The notes beneath the pieces were generated by a model that saw nothing but the letters and a program-made list of their open reading frames with translations, was not told the DNA's origin and ran no database searches. 64,000 bases of DNA. Source: Ilumatobacteraceae bacterium. Lineage in GTDB: Bacteria; Actinomycetota; Acidimicrobiia; Acidimicrobiales; Ilumatobacteraceae. Below are positions 40,528-49,828 of this stretch, in pieces (positions within the stretch are counted from its first letter, which is position 1; each line of letters starts with the position of its first letter). A program made the position numbers and the translations under genes. The stretch lies in contig JBMTEX010000001.1 in NCBI GenBank assembly GCA_049433485.1, forward strand, positions 2,688 through 66,687. The letters are read 5' to 3'.

Positions 40528-41129
40528 AGGTTCTCGTCGTTTCAGCCCATCCTTCCCCGACGTCACATGTGGGAATCCTGCGGCAAAATTTGCTGTCGCT
40601 CCTAGAGGTCTCTGGCCACAGCGTTCGTCATCACGATCTTTATGCAGAATCGTTTAATCCGGTGTTCACGCCATATGAACGACTACATCACGTGGGAAAT
40701 ATTCAAGAGAAACTCCATCACCTTCCCGAACTTGCTCCATATGTTGAAGATCTTCAATGGTGCGACACATTGGTGTTGGTCTACCCAACGTGGTGGGGAG
40801 CACAACCAGCCATTTTGAAGGGGTGGATTGATCGCGTGTTTATGAACGAAGTGGCATGGGTTCTTCCTGCAGAAGAAGCTCGGATTCGCCCATTACTCAC
40901 TAATGTTCGGCGTCTTGTGGTGGTCACCACTCACGGTTCTAGCAAGTTCATCAACGCACTTCAGGGTGAATCTGGAAAGCGAATTGCCTTGCGGTCTATT
41001 CGCGCAATGTTTTATCCGCGTGTGCGTACAAAATGGATTGCCGTCTACAAACTTGATACGTCAAAAGATTCTCAACGTGAGAAGAAGTTCAAGAAAGTGT
41101 CTCGTCGTTTGGGTCGAGTGTTTCAGTAA
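40524..41129 (+). CDS. NAD(P)H dehydrogenase (quinone), flavodoxin-like fold, paralog 2
   Basis: MKVLVVSAHP ... LVLVYPTWWGAQPAILKGWIDRV. GTGA overlap with paralog 1. Confidence 0.7.
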   Translation: MKVLVVSAHPSPTSHVGILRQNLLSLLEVSGHSVRHHDLYAESFNPVFTPYERLHHVGNIQEKLHHLPELAPYVEDLQWCDTLVLVYPTWWGAQPAILKGWIDRVFMNEVAWVLPAEEARIRPLLTNVRRLVVVTTHGSSKFINALQGESGKRIALRSIRAMFYPRVRTKWIAVYKLDTSKDSQREKKFKKVSRRLGRVFQ

Positions 41130-42393
41130 GTGATTTCTTCGGAAGCGCGGCAATTAATGCCGTCAGGCCGAGTACCCGAATGATGACTGCCACAGTGCTG
41201 GAATGGCGTACATGTTCAATACCGCTCGTGTGAACGGTGGCAATATAAATCATTGTCGTGGTACACAGCATTCCAATAAGAAGAGCTGCGTGCCGTCGAG
41301 TGGAACGTTGAACTATGAGTAGAGCGCAGCTTGCCGCGAACACAATGACCCACATTTGCCAAGTGGACGCCACAGCCCACGGAATCATGGGGCCATTTTG
41401 TAACGGCAAGAAGTCTCCGTTCGGAGGATTCAATGTCGCGTTGACAAGGCGTGCTGAATGACTCACGGTGTCTGACGGATGCGTGATGAGATACAGAACA
41501 ACATTTCGCCAGCCATTGTCCTTCAGCCATTTTGCGAGTTCCACTCCACCAACTCGCATGAGTGATGGTGGCTGTTGACCTATTGGTAGTTGAACAATTG
41601 CAGCGATATCACCCGGCAGATCTTCTTTGTAGTCATAACCCGTGGCAGTACGCATTCCGTCCGATACGGGCATACCACGGTCAACAAACCAATCGAATCG
41701 CTGGTCATCTGAGATGACCCTGCTGGACACAACGGTGTAGAGATTCAATAACGACATGTGTTGAGACTGTTGAATAGTGAAGACACTGGAAAGAAGGAGC
41801 AGCAGTAACCCCACAGATCCAAGATTGAGGTTCTTTCCTCTAGAGGAGAGGAATTTCCACATCACTGGTGCAAGACAAGCGACAATGATGAGTGCATGAG
41901 TGGGGCGAGACATGGCACAAAGCATGAGTGAAAGAGCCCACCACACCGTTGCAAAAGTGGAACGGACCGCCAGTCGATACATGGTGGATGCCACAGCGAG
42001 CACCGCAAATGAAATGCTGAGCGATTCGGAAAGGATGACTACGTCGTATCGGATGACTTGTGGGGTCAGACCAAGTACCAGCACCGCTATAAACGCGGTT
42101 CGTTGCCATCGAACACCCCGTGACGCCACCCATGCAAGGGATCCCCAGGCAAGGGTTCCAATGATGACATGGGCAACAACCCGTGACGTATCGGACCCAG
42201 TCAACGCGTAGATGAATGGAATTGGCCACGGGCGATCTGTTGGTGAAAAAAATTTGAGTGTGTCGTATCCAACAGAATCTGGATAACGCTGGACTGTTTG
42301 ACCAACTGCGGCTATTCCACGAACGGCAAAAGACAGTACAAGTGCGACAACGCCAAACCATGGCATGTGCAGAGAACGAATCGCGCGCCGCAT
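41089..42393 (-). CDS. polytopic membrane protein (possible GT-C-like glycosyltransferase)
   Basis: Many TM segments with one extracytoplasmic loop domain and no diagnostic motif. The start is uncertain (42393 or 42366). Confidence 0.4.
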   Translation of the reverse strand: MRRAIRSLHMPWFGVVALVLSFAVRGIAAVGQTVQRYPDSVGYDTLKFFSPTDRPWPIPFIYALTGSDTSRVVAHVIIGTLAWGSLAWVASRGVRWQRTAFIAVLVLGLTPQVIRYDVVILSESLSISFAVLAVASTMYRLAVRSTFATVWWALSLMLCAMSRPTHALIIVACLAPVMWKFLSSRGKNLNLGSVGLLLLLLSSVFTIQQSQHMSLLNLYTVVSSRVISDDQRFDWFVDRGMPVSDGMRTATGYDYKEDLPGDIAAIVQLPIGQQPPSLMRVGGVELAKWLKDNGWRNVVLYLITHPSDTVSHSARLVNATLNPPNGDFLPLQNGPMIPWAVASTWQMWVIVFAASCALLIVQRSTRRHAALLIGMLCTTTMIYIATVHTSGIEHVRHSSTVAVIIRVLGLTALIAALPKKSLTETLDPNDETLS

Positions 42394-42450
42394 GAGAATA
42401 GACGGTACTCGCCTAGGTAGGTGATTATCGGGTCTAGTACCGTCAGGCTT

Positions 42451-43428
42451 ATGAAATCGTTGCAAGTTGAAGAACTGGGATCACTTGATGCACTCCATGC
42501 TGTCGAGAGTCCCGACATTGAGCTTCCGGAATCGCATATTCGAATTGATATTCGTGCATGTGGCTTGAATTTTGTCGATTCACTTCTGATTGAAGGTCGC
42601 TATCAAGTGAAGCCGCCAGTGCCGTTTCGTCCGGGTTCTGAAGTTGCGGGAGTAGTCACCGAAATTGCAGAAGGTGTCACCAATGTTGCGGTTGGCGATC
42701 GCGTGTTTGTTCCCATTGGAGTTGGTGGTTTTTCAGATTCCGCAGTGGTGCATTCCGCGCGTGCGCTACGTATTCCAAACAATATGACCGATGGTCAAGC
42801 CGCAACTTTTATGCAGAGTTATCTAACAGCGTGGTTTGCATTTCATCATCGCGCAGATGTTCGCGAAGGTGACACCATGTTGGTGCTTGGCGCTGGCGGT
42901 GGAATTGGTCTCGCTGCGGTAGATCTTGCAGTGTCCATGGGTGTGAAAGTCATTGCGGCTGCCTCGTCACAAGAGAAGCGCCAGTTGGCGATAGATGCCG
43001 GAGCGTTTGCCACTATTGACGTCCTCACTGAAGACCTAAAACTTCGCGCTCGCGAGTTAGCTGACGGGAAACTAGACCTGGTGTATGACCCCGTTGGTGG
43101 CGACCTTGCAGAACAAGCACTGCGTGCGTTGGGTTCGGGCGGTCAGTACATGGTGGTTGGTTTTGTAGCGGGAATCCCAAAACTTCCAGCCAACCTTGTT
43201 CTCTTAGTGAACCGTACTTTGGTGGGTGTTGATTGGGGCGCATGGGTTGGTAAGAACCAAGCAGCGCATGCACAGATGGTGGCTGAAGTGTTGAAACAAA
43301 TTGGCGAAGGTCGCCTTCACCCTGTTGAACCCGTGTCGTACCCCATGTCGAAAGCAGCAGATGCCCTTCGAGACATGCAGAACAGAAAGATTGCTGGCAA
43401 AGTTATCTTGGTGCCCGATTTCAATTAG
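42451..43428 (+). CDS. NADPH:quinone oxidoreductase (zeta-crystallin-like MDR)
   Basis: PFRPGSEVAGVV and VLGAGGGIGLAAVDLA motifs, with a C-terminal KIAGKVILVP. Confidence 0.85.
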   Translation: MKSLQVEELGSLDALHAVESPDIELPESHIRIDIRACGLNFVDSLLIEGRYQVKPPVPFRPGSEVAGVVTEIAEGVTNVAVGDRVFVPIGVGGFSDSAVVHSARALRIPNNMTDGQAATFMQSYLTAWFAFHHRADVREGDTMLVLGAGGGIGLAAVDLAVSMGVKVIAAASSQEKRQLAIDAGAFATIDVLTEDLKLRARELADGKLDLVYDPVGGDLAEQALRALGSGGQYMVVGFVAGIPKLPANLVLLVNRTLVGVDWGAWVGKNQAAHAQMVAEVLKQIGEGRLHPVEPVSYPMSKAADALRDMQNRKIAGKVILVPDFN

Positions 43429-43431
43429 ACA

Positions 43432-45474
43432 TCATGGCGTGCACGATGCCGAGCCGGCGTCGTATGTGAGATTGTCAACGGCGCTAATGAATCCCCACGA
43501 AAATGAGGTGGGAGTGAATGTCATTTGAACAACACCATGATCAGTATTCAACATGTACTCACTTCCTGGAACGGCTGTTCCTAATGGGTATACCTGTGCT
43601 CCACCAAGGCCCGAAATGAAGAGTGGTACTCCACCTGCCGCTGGTGCACCGCTGGCATCTAAGGGCGCGAAGCGCTCGTAATGATGGTCATGCGCCGTCA
43701 TCACTAGGTCGGCTCCGTTCGCAACGGATGCTTCCCACAAATGTCGTGCTGAAGGAGTTGCGTATCGGCCACTAGAGACAAATGGATGATGCATCATTAC
43801 AGCAGCGCATTTACCTTCAGATTGAGCACGTTGAAGTTCGCTGACGAGCCATGTGGTTTGTGCGGACGTTGCAGAACAGCCGGTGTACAACTGGCCTTGG
43901 CACCATGAATCAACAGCAATGATTCGCCACCCGCCTGCATCTGTTGTCCAATATGAGGCCGATAGTTCGCTGAAATATTCCACATACCCTGCAGCGCCAC
44001 TTGTGACGTATTCATGGTTACCGCGCACTGGGTATGTGATGTTCTTGAAAGCGCCCCATGTTGCTCCATAGAAATTTGTTAGATCGGAGATGCTGGCTGC
44101 TTCGTACTGGAGGTCGCCGAGCGCAATGACGCCATCGGGAGATAGCGAAGAAATGAGAGATGCAGTTGCTTGTTCACCACATTGACTGCCTGCTGGTCCG
44201 ATGCCGTATGCAGCGCGCCGAGTGGCGTTACATGCAATGTCTCCCGCAAGGATGATGCGCGCAGATTGGTCTGTGCCTATTGGCTCGAGACGAACTCCGT
44301 GGGGCCAAATTGCAATTCCGCTACGTCGAAGAGTCGTACTGGAGTCGCCCAATTGTCCAGTGCTATTGAGTCCCCAGCACCACATGCCAGAGTTACTTGC
44401 CGAAATTCCACAGGCATGCGTGTCTCCAGTTGCCACGGTACCCAGTAGGCCAACAGCTGACGACGGACGCACTTTTTGTGGAGTGGGTTTGGCAATGTAG
44501 CTTCCGTTTGCAAGCTGGCCGTACCTGTTGCGTCCCCAACACCATGTTGTACTCGCAATAGTTTGCGCACAGACAAACTCTGCACCGGCGTCAAGTGATG
44601 TGATGCCGGTGCGTCGACCAGTGACCGCTCTCGCGCGAGATGGACCCCATGGGGTGGCGAGTTGTCCGTAGTTATTGCGCCCCCAACATTGGGAGCGTGC
44701 GCTCGTAGACACAACACAGGTGAACGCTTCGCCAGTTGCAACACTGGTTGCTCTCACAATTGGCACATAGGTAGGTCGGGGGCGAGAAGAAGTCGGTTGT
44801 TGTCCCAATTGGTGAAAGTTGTTGCGTCCCCAGCACCACACAGATGTAGTTGTACGCACTGCGCATGTGTGGAGTTGCCCAACGTCTGCTTGAGCAACTT
44901 TTGAGATCAGTGCTCGCACTGGAATAGCAGAAGCTGCTCGATTGCCGTTGCCAAGTTGTCCGTATTTGTTTGCACCCCAGCACCACAGAGTTTCGTCACT
45001 CTTGCGAGCACAGATGTGATGAGCGCCGACGGAAACCGATGTCACCTGTGAAATGGGCATCTGTACAGGTGTTGGAGTCGGTGTTTTAGTGAGAAATGTC
45101 GGAGCATTAATTGGGTCGACGGCAATATCTAGAAGTCCCCAGCACCAGACGGATGTATCGGTAGAGACCGCGCACGTGCGTTGTCCACCAGCAGATACTG
45201 ACACCGCTGTGGCCATCAGGGATGGTGAGAATGCAATGGTGCGAACTGTGGTGCCAGTTCCAAGTTGACCAACGCTGTTGTCTCCAGTGCACCACACAGT
45301 TTCACTACGCACAATGCACGAGTGTCCGCTTCCTAACGATGGTGACGAAATGGATGGGGGAGTAATAACCGCTGGTGAATTAGTTCCCTGAGACGAGGCC
45401 GGTGAATAGACAAATAGAGCTGACACTGAGGCAACAACCACGATGACGATGTTCACGTGGGCTCGGCGAAGCAT
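43432..45474 (-). CDS. secreted RCC1-repeat beta-propeller fused to calcineurin-like metallophosphoesterase
   Basis: Signal peptide, then seven W(C)WG-x4-GQLG repeats, then the GDIAC / GDLQY / GNHEY / MMHHP / AHDHHYERF phosphoesterase motif series. Confidence 0.75.
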   Translation of the reverse strand: MLRRAHVNIVIVVVASVSALFVYSPASSQGTNSPAVITPPSISSPSLGSGHSCIVRSETVWCTGDNSVGQLGTGTTVRTIAFSPSLMATAVSVSAGGQRTCAVSTDTSVWCWGLLDIAVDPINAPTFLTKTPTPTPVQMPISQVTSVSVGAHHICARKSDETLWCWGANKYGQLGNGNRAASAIPVRALISKVAQADVGQLHTCAVRTTTSVWCWGRNNFHQLGQQPTSSRPRPTYVPIVRATSVATGEAFTCVVSTSARSQCWGRNNYGQLATPWGPSRARAVTGRRTGITSLDAGAEFVCAQTIASTTWCWGRNRYGQLANGSYIAKPTPQKVRPSSAVGLLGTVATGDTHACGISASNSGMWCWGLNSTGQLGDSSTTLRRSGIAIWPHGVRLEPIGTDQSARIILAGDIACNATRRAAYGIGPAGSQCGEQATASLISSLSPDGVIALGDLQYEAASISDLTNFYGATWGAFKNITYPVRGNHEYVTSGAAGYVEYFSELSASYWTTDAGGWRIIAVDSWCQGQLYTGCSATSAQTTWLVSELQRAQSEGKCAAVMMHHPFVSSGRYATPSARHLWEASVANGADLVMTAHDHHYERFAPLDASGAPAAGGVPLFISGLGGAQVYPLGTAVPGSEYMLNTDHGVVQMTFTPTSFSWGFISAVDNLTYDAGSASCTP

Positions 45475-45521
45475 GCATGCACGCTAGTGATGTTGCTGGG
45501 GTGATGTGCATCACCCCTTGC

Positions 45522-46871
45522 TTAGAGCGAAAAACGTTTGTAACCGGGCGCAGTGAGTGGCCAGGGTTGAATTTTTTCTAAGTGAGCGGCTAATCCAAGT
45601 GCGAGTCCGTCTTGAAAACGTGGCGCGACTACTTGTATTCCGCAGGGTACGCCGTGATGATCAACACCCATTGGAACACTGACTGCTGGATGACCTGTGA
45701 AGTTGTTGTCGGGGGTGTTCAACGTAATCATTGGATCATCGGTTGACCCTGCGCGTGTTGGAAGAGGACCTTCTGCGGGCCATGAACGCGCATTCGCCGT
45801 GGGAGTAACAAGAACTGCACCATTAACGAGAAGATCATCGAATCGTGCAGACACCTCGTGCCGGGAACGTTGTGCCGCGATGTACTGATCAATGGTGACC
45901 GTTGATCCAAATTTCAACTGTTGTTGTACGTAGTCAGACAATTGATCCCAACGGTGCTCTTCGTGACGTAAGCTTTGCGTGAGTTCTGCAGTAGAGATAA
46001 CAAACCAATTCCAAATTGTGTCGTTATTGCTCGGCGACTCAACACGCTCCACTGGAATACCTGAAGCCGCAATTGCTTCAAGAGTCTTCTCAAAGTTCGC
46101 TTCAATTTCAGGGTCAACATCTGTACGAAATGTGCGGCATGCCAACACTTTCGTTGGCTGTGTGGGTGTCAGTGTGATGCCCGATCGCGGCACGGAGAGA
46201 AAATCTCCGCGGGCCTCACCAAGGGTGATGTGTGCTTCATACAAAACATCAGCAACTGTTGAGTTAGTAGTCCCCTGAGTGGAGAATTCAATCCATCGGG
46301 GAAGGATGTTGCGCCCAATTGCTCCCATTGTTGGCTTGTATCCCACAAGACCTGCTGCTGCAGCTGGGCCCCGAACGCTTCCTCCACCATCGCTTGTCGT
46401 AGCAAGTGGTGTGAGACCAGCAGCAAGTGCTGCGGATGATCCGCCGCTTGAACCACCCGGCGATTTGTCAGTGTTCCATGGGTTGCGTGTGGCTCCGAAC
46501 ACTTGGTTACAGGTGTATGCGGTTGCTCCAAACTCGGGGCTATTGGTACGTCCAATCACGATGGCTCCTTCAGCTCGTAAGCGAGCCACCACCGTGTCGT
46601 CCGTGGGGTCAGCAGGACCGTTCGCATACAAGCGTGAACCACTTGTTGTGATGTGTCCCTTTACGCGTGCCATGTCTTTCACAAGAAGTGGCAGTCCGGC
46701 CAGTAAACCCTGCCTGTTGTGATTCTTTGCTAGTTCGAGTGCTTCATCCGCGTACAGAGCTACAACAGCATTGAGATTTTTTGCATCACTAATCCGGCTC
46801 AAGCTTTCGTTTATGAGGTCAACAGGGTCAATTGAACCGTCTCGGACACCAGTAGATAATTCTTCAAGCAT
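45522..46871 (-). CDS. amidase (amidase-signature family), second copy
   Basis: GGSSGGSSAALAAG signature and GRTNSPEFG. 449 aa. Confidence 0.85.
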   Translation of the reverse strand: MLEELSTGVRDGSIDPVDLINESLSRISDAKNLNAVVALYADEALELAKNHNRQGLLAGLPLLVKDMARVKGHITTSGSRLYANGPADPTDDTVVARLRAEGAIVIGRTNSPEFGATAYTCNQVFGATRNPWNTDKSPGGSSGGSSAALAAGLTPLATTSDGGGSVRGPAAAAGLVGYKPTMGAIGRNILPRWIEFSTQGTTNSTVADVLYEAHITLGEARGDFLSVPRSGITLTPTQPTKVLACRTFRTDVDPEIEANFEKTLEAIAASGIPVERVESPSNNDTIWNWFVISTAELTQSLRHEEHRWDQLSDYVQQQLKFGSTVTIDQYIAAQRSRHEVSARFDDLLVNGAVLVTPTANARSWPAEGPLPTRAGSTDDPMITLNTPDNNFTGHPAVSVPMGVDHHGVPCGIQVVAPRFQDGLALGLAAHLEKIQPWPLTAPGYKRFSL

Positions 46872-46905
46872 GGTGTGAGATTAGTGACTGGCGTGCAGCC
46901 GTTAG

Positions 46906-48099
46906 TTATGGAACAGGAACCCAGCGCCAGTCGAGTTTGCAGATGGTGGGATCCACAATTTCCACGATGGACAATCCGATTACTGACGCACGCGCAGAAA
47001 GACCAGTTTCAGGACGAATAGCTGCGTGCGCTGGTGCCTGTTGACTAGCGCGCAACAAAATCTCTTGGGTGTTCGTTGCGTAATTGCCGAGCTGAGATGC
47101 GATGGCGAATGAATGGCGAGCGGCAATGAGGCTCTCAAGTCGGAAACGGCGCCACTGGTTGTACGACGGGGACATGTACTGAGTGAGAATCTCCGTGACC
47201 ATGGCGCGTTGATCTGTAGTTGTGAATACTTGAGACCAACTCTTGCCGTCATTTGCAAGTTGCGGCGGAAAGAGAACCTCTAGACAATCCGCTACGAGAG
47301 CATCTTTATTCTCGTACAAGCCGTAGATAGCTCCGACGCTGACACCTGCGCGACGTGCAATGCGAGACACGGTGGCGCGATGAATACCGGAGCGTGCGAT
47401 GACGTATTCGCTTGCTGAAATGAGAGCATCTCGGATGTCATCGCGCGTGGACGGAAATGCGTAAGGGGGTGGAGAAATATTTACTCCAGTTGGCTTTGTT
47501 GGTTTCGATGCCGTGCGAACAGCTTTGGTGAACATCTCCAACAGTGCAGCTGGATTAATCGGGTTGACGTCGCCTTGTTCGTACACCGAATTCAGTAACG
47601 CTGCACCAAACAGAGTTGCAAGTGCCGATACAACAGCTTGTCTGTTGGCGCCATCTGTGGATGGTCCAACGCCGCGGTCATCTAATAGACCGAGAATGTC
47701 TCGCTGCACTACTTCAGCAATGACTTCATCGCGACGTGACGCAACGATAATTTCCATTGCACTACCCAAATCGGGAACGGCATCGTGTGCACTCGCTTTT
47801 TCAAAGAGAGAACTGATGTACGCAACTTGTGATGGATCATTGTTGAGAACGGCGTCAACGAGTGGAACCAAAATCTCCGACAACATTGGCCAGAAGCTCT
47901 TCTCCCAGGCGAGGACAACTAGTTCTGAACGATCATCACATCGTGCGTAAATAACGCCACTAGAAAATCCTGCGTCTGCAGCAACTCTGGTGAGTGCCAT
48001 CTGGTCAACTCCCACCGTGCGAACAGAACGCGCTGCGCTCTCGGCAACCTTGAGGTCTGTTTGACGAGACTTGTCGGATTGGCGTGCTGTGGGGGCCAT
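46906..48099 (-). CDS. TetR-family regulator with two fused TetR modules
   Basis: Two separate HTH segments: MALTRVAADAGFSSGVIYARCDDRSEL near the N-terminus and ATVSRIARRAGVSVGAIYGLYENKDAL near residue 240. Confidence 0.7.
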   Translation of the reverse strand: MAPTARQSDKSRQTDLKVAESAARSVRTVGVDQMALTRVAADAGFSSGVIYARCDDRSELVVLAWEKSFWPMLSEILVPLVDAVLNNDPSQVAYISSLFEKASAHDAVPDLGSAMEIIVASRRDEVIAEVVQRDILGLLDDRGVGPSTDGANRQAVVSALATLFGAALLNSVYEQGDVNPINPAALLEMFTKAVRTASKPTKPTGVNISPPPYAFPSTRDDIRDALISASEYVIARSGIHRATVSRIARRAGVSVGAIYGLYENKDALVADCLEVLFPPQLANDGKSWSQVFTTTDQRAMVTEILTQYMSPSYNQWRRFRLESLIAARHSFAIASQLGNYATNTQEILLRASQQAPAHAAIRPETGLSARASVIGLSIVEIVDPTICKLDWRWVPVP

Positions 48100-48152
48100 G
48101 TGGTCATTGTCTCACATGAGTCAATCAAGTTGATAGGCGTAAAGAACGCTCC

Positions 48153-48833
48153 CTATTCGTTTTCCCAATTGATCTCTTGTTGGCCGGAGTCAGATAACGC
48201 TGAATTAATTCTTGAGAATGGCCGGCTTCCAAAGAACCCGCGATGCGCTGATAGTGGTGATGGATGAGGTGCAGTGAGGACAACGTGGTGAGGTGCCGTA
48301 ATCAATTGTTGTTTCGCTTTCGCAGACTTTCCCCAGAGCACGAATACCACTCGAGTGGATTTTTGGTTTAGATGAGTAATGACTGCATTCGAGAAAGTTT
48401 CCCATCCAAAATCTTGATGTGATCCAGCTTCTCCCGCGCGAACAGTCAACGTGGAATTCAAAAGCAGGACTCCTTGCGTAGCCCACTTGGTGAGATTCCC
48501 GTGACGTGGAAATGGAATGTCAACATCGCTGTTGCGTTCCTTCATGATGTTTCGCAATGACGGTGGTAACGCAATGTTTTCTGGAACTGAAAAGGACAAT
48601 CCATGCGCTTGTCCGTCACCGTGGTATGGGTCTTGTCCCAGGATGAGAACAGAAGTTCTTTCGTACGAAGTCGATGTGAATGCGGTAAGCACATCTTGTT
48701 CTGCTGGATACACGGTGTGATGTTGGCGATCGTCGTTGACTGAGTTTTGTAATTCCAAGAAGTAGGGCTGTGCCATTTCTTGTGAAAGAAAGGGTTCCCA
48801 GTCGCCGAACATTGACGTCATCGTACGAGACAC
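48153..48833 (-). CDS. ung: uracil-DNA glycosylase (family 1)
   Basis: ILGQDPYHGDGQAHGLSFSV, GVLLLN and APHPSPLSA motifs. Confidence 0.92.
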   Translation of the reverse strand: MSRTMTSMFGDWEPFLSQEMAQPYFLELQNSVNDDRQHHTVYPAEQDVLTAFTSTSYERTSVLILGQDPYHGDGQAHGLSFSVPENIALPPSLRNIMKERNSDVDIPFPRHGNLTKWATQGVLLLNSTLTVRAGEAGSHQDFGWETFSNAVITHLNQKSTRVVFVLWGKSAKAKQQLITAPHHVVLTAPHPSPLSAHRGFFGSRPFSRINSALSDSGQQEINWENE

Positions 48834-48927
48834 GACCGTTTTGTTATTAGTAATAACACCACAAATAGGTCACTAAACAGCAAATTGTCAACGCTCGTGA
48901 CTGTGTGGTTGAGAGAATGGTGGTCCC

Positions 48928-49815
48928 ATGGACTTAGCACTCGCGATTGATATCGGTGGAACAAAATTCTCCGTTGGCTTGGTCACTCGAAACGGCGACC
49001 TCATTGATCGTGTCAATGTTCCCGTTGATCGCGGCGGCTCAGATGAGGAACTATTCGAAGATCTTGCAGACGCGGTGACCAAGCAACTTGAGCGAGCTAC
49101 TGATCATCATGGAGTGACGCCATCTGTGGTGGGTATTGCCTGCGCTGGTCCAATTCAACGCAATGTGGAGACTGTGTCACCACTCAATATTTTGCAATGG
49201 CGCGATTTCCCATTACGCGAACGCTTGGTGGGAATAACCGGACTTCCAGTTTTTGGCGATGGAGACGCGAAAGCGCTGGCACTTGCTGAAGGGTGGCTAG
49301 GCGCTGCGCGCGGTGTTGACAACTTCATGGCCATGGTGGTCTCTACTGGAGTGGGCGGTGGAATTGTTCTGAACGGCGAACTTCTTGATGGTGAGAGCGG
49401 AAATGCTGGACACATTGGCCACGTCATTGTTGAGCCGAATGGCCGTCGATGCACATGTGGTGGTCGTGGTTGTTTGGAAGCAGAAGCATCTGGCCCTGCA
49501 ATTGAGGCCATTACTGGCCGACCACCTACACAGCCAACCTACGAAATTATGGTGCGCACTGGCCGACTCGTTGGTCGCGGAGTTGCATCGGTGTGCAACT
49601 TGCTTGATTTAAAACTGGTGTGCGTTGCAGGCAGTGTTGCGCTGGGTTTTGGTGCAACGTTTTTTAACTCCGCTCAAAAAACTCTCGACGAGTTGTGCGG
49701 ACTTGAGTTTTCAAAAAATGCTCGTATTGTTCCTGCACGCCTTGCAGACGAAGGACCACTTGTGGGCGCATCTGCTGTGGGTTGGCGCGGACTAAACCGA
49801 ATGGTGAATGTGTAG
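48928..49815 (+). CDS. ROK family sugar kinase (glucokinase-like; no N-terminal HTH)
   Basis: LAIDIGGTK, GVGGGIV and the zinc motif GHIGHVIVEPNGRRCTCGGRGCLE. Confidence 0.8.
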   Translation: MDLALAIDIGGTKFSVGLVTRNGDLIDRVNVPVDRGGSDEELFEDLADAVTKQLERATDHHGVTPSVVGIACAGPIQRNVETVSPLNILQWRDFPLRERLVGITGLPVFGDGDAKALALAEGWLGAARGVDNFMAMVVSTGVGGGIVLNGELLDGESGNAGHIGHVIVEPNGRRCTCGGRGCLEAEASGPAIEAITGRPPTQPTYEIMVRTGRLVGRGVASVCNLLDLKLVCVAGSVALGFGATFFNSAQKTLDELCGLEFSKNARIVPARLADEGPLVGASAVGWRGLNRMVNV

Positions 49816-49828
49816 CAAGTAGTGCGAA

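Noticed and set aside
46906-48099. The double TetR as the missing mycofactocin regulator mftR
   Set aside because: It is about 7 kb from mftA, separated from it by ung, ROK and the rest of the operon. It is oriented with its own downstream amidase, and nothing in the sequence links it to the mft promoter.
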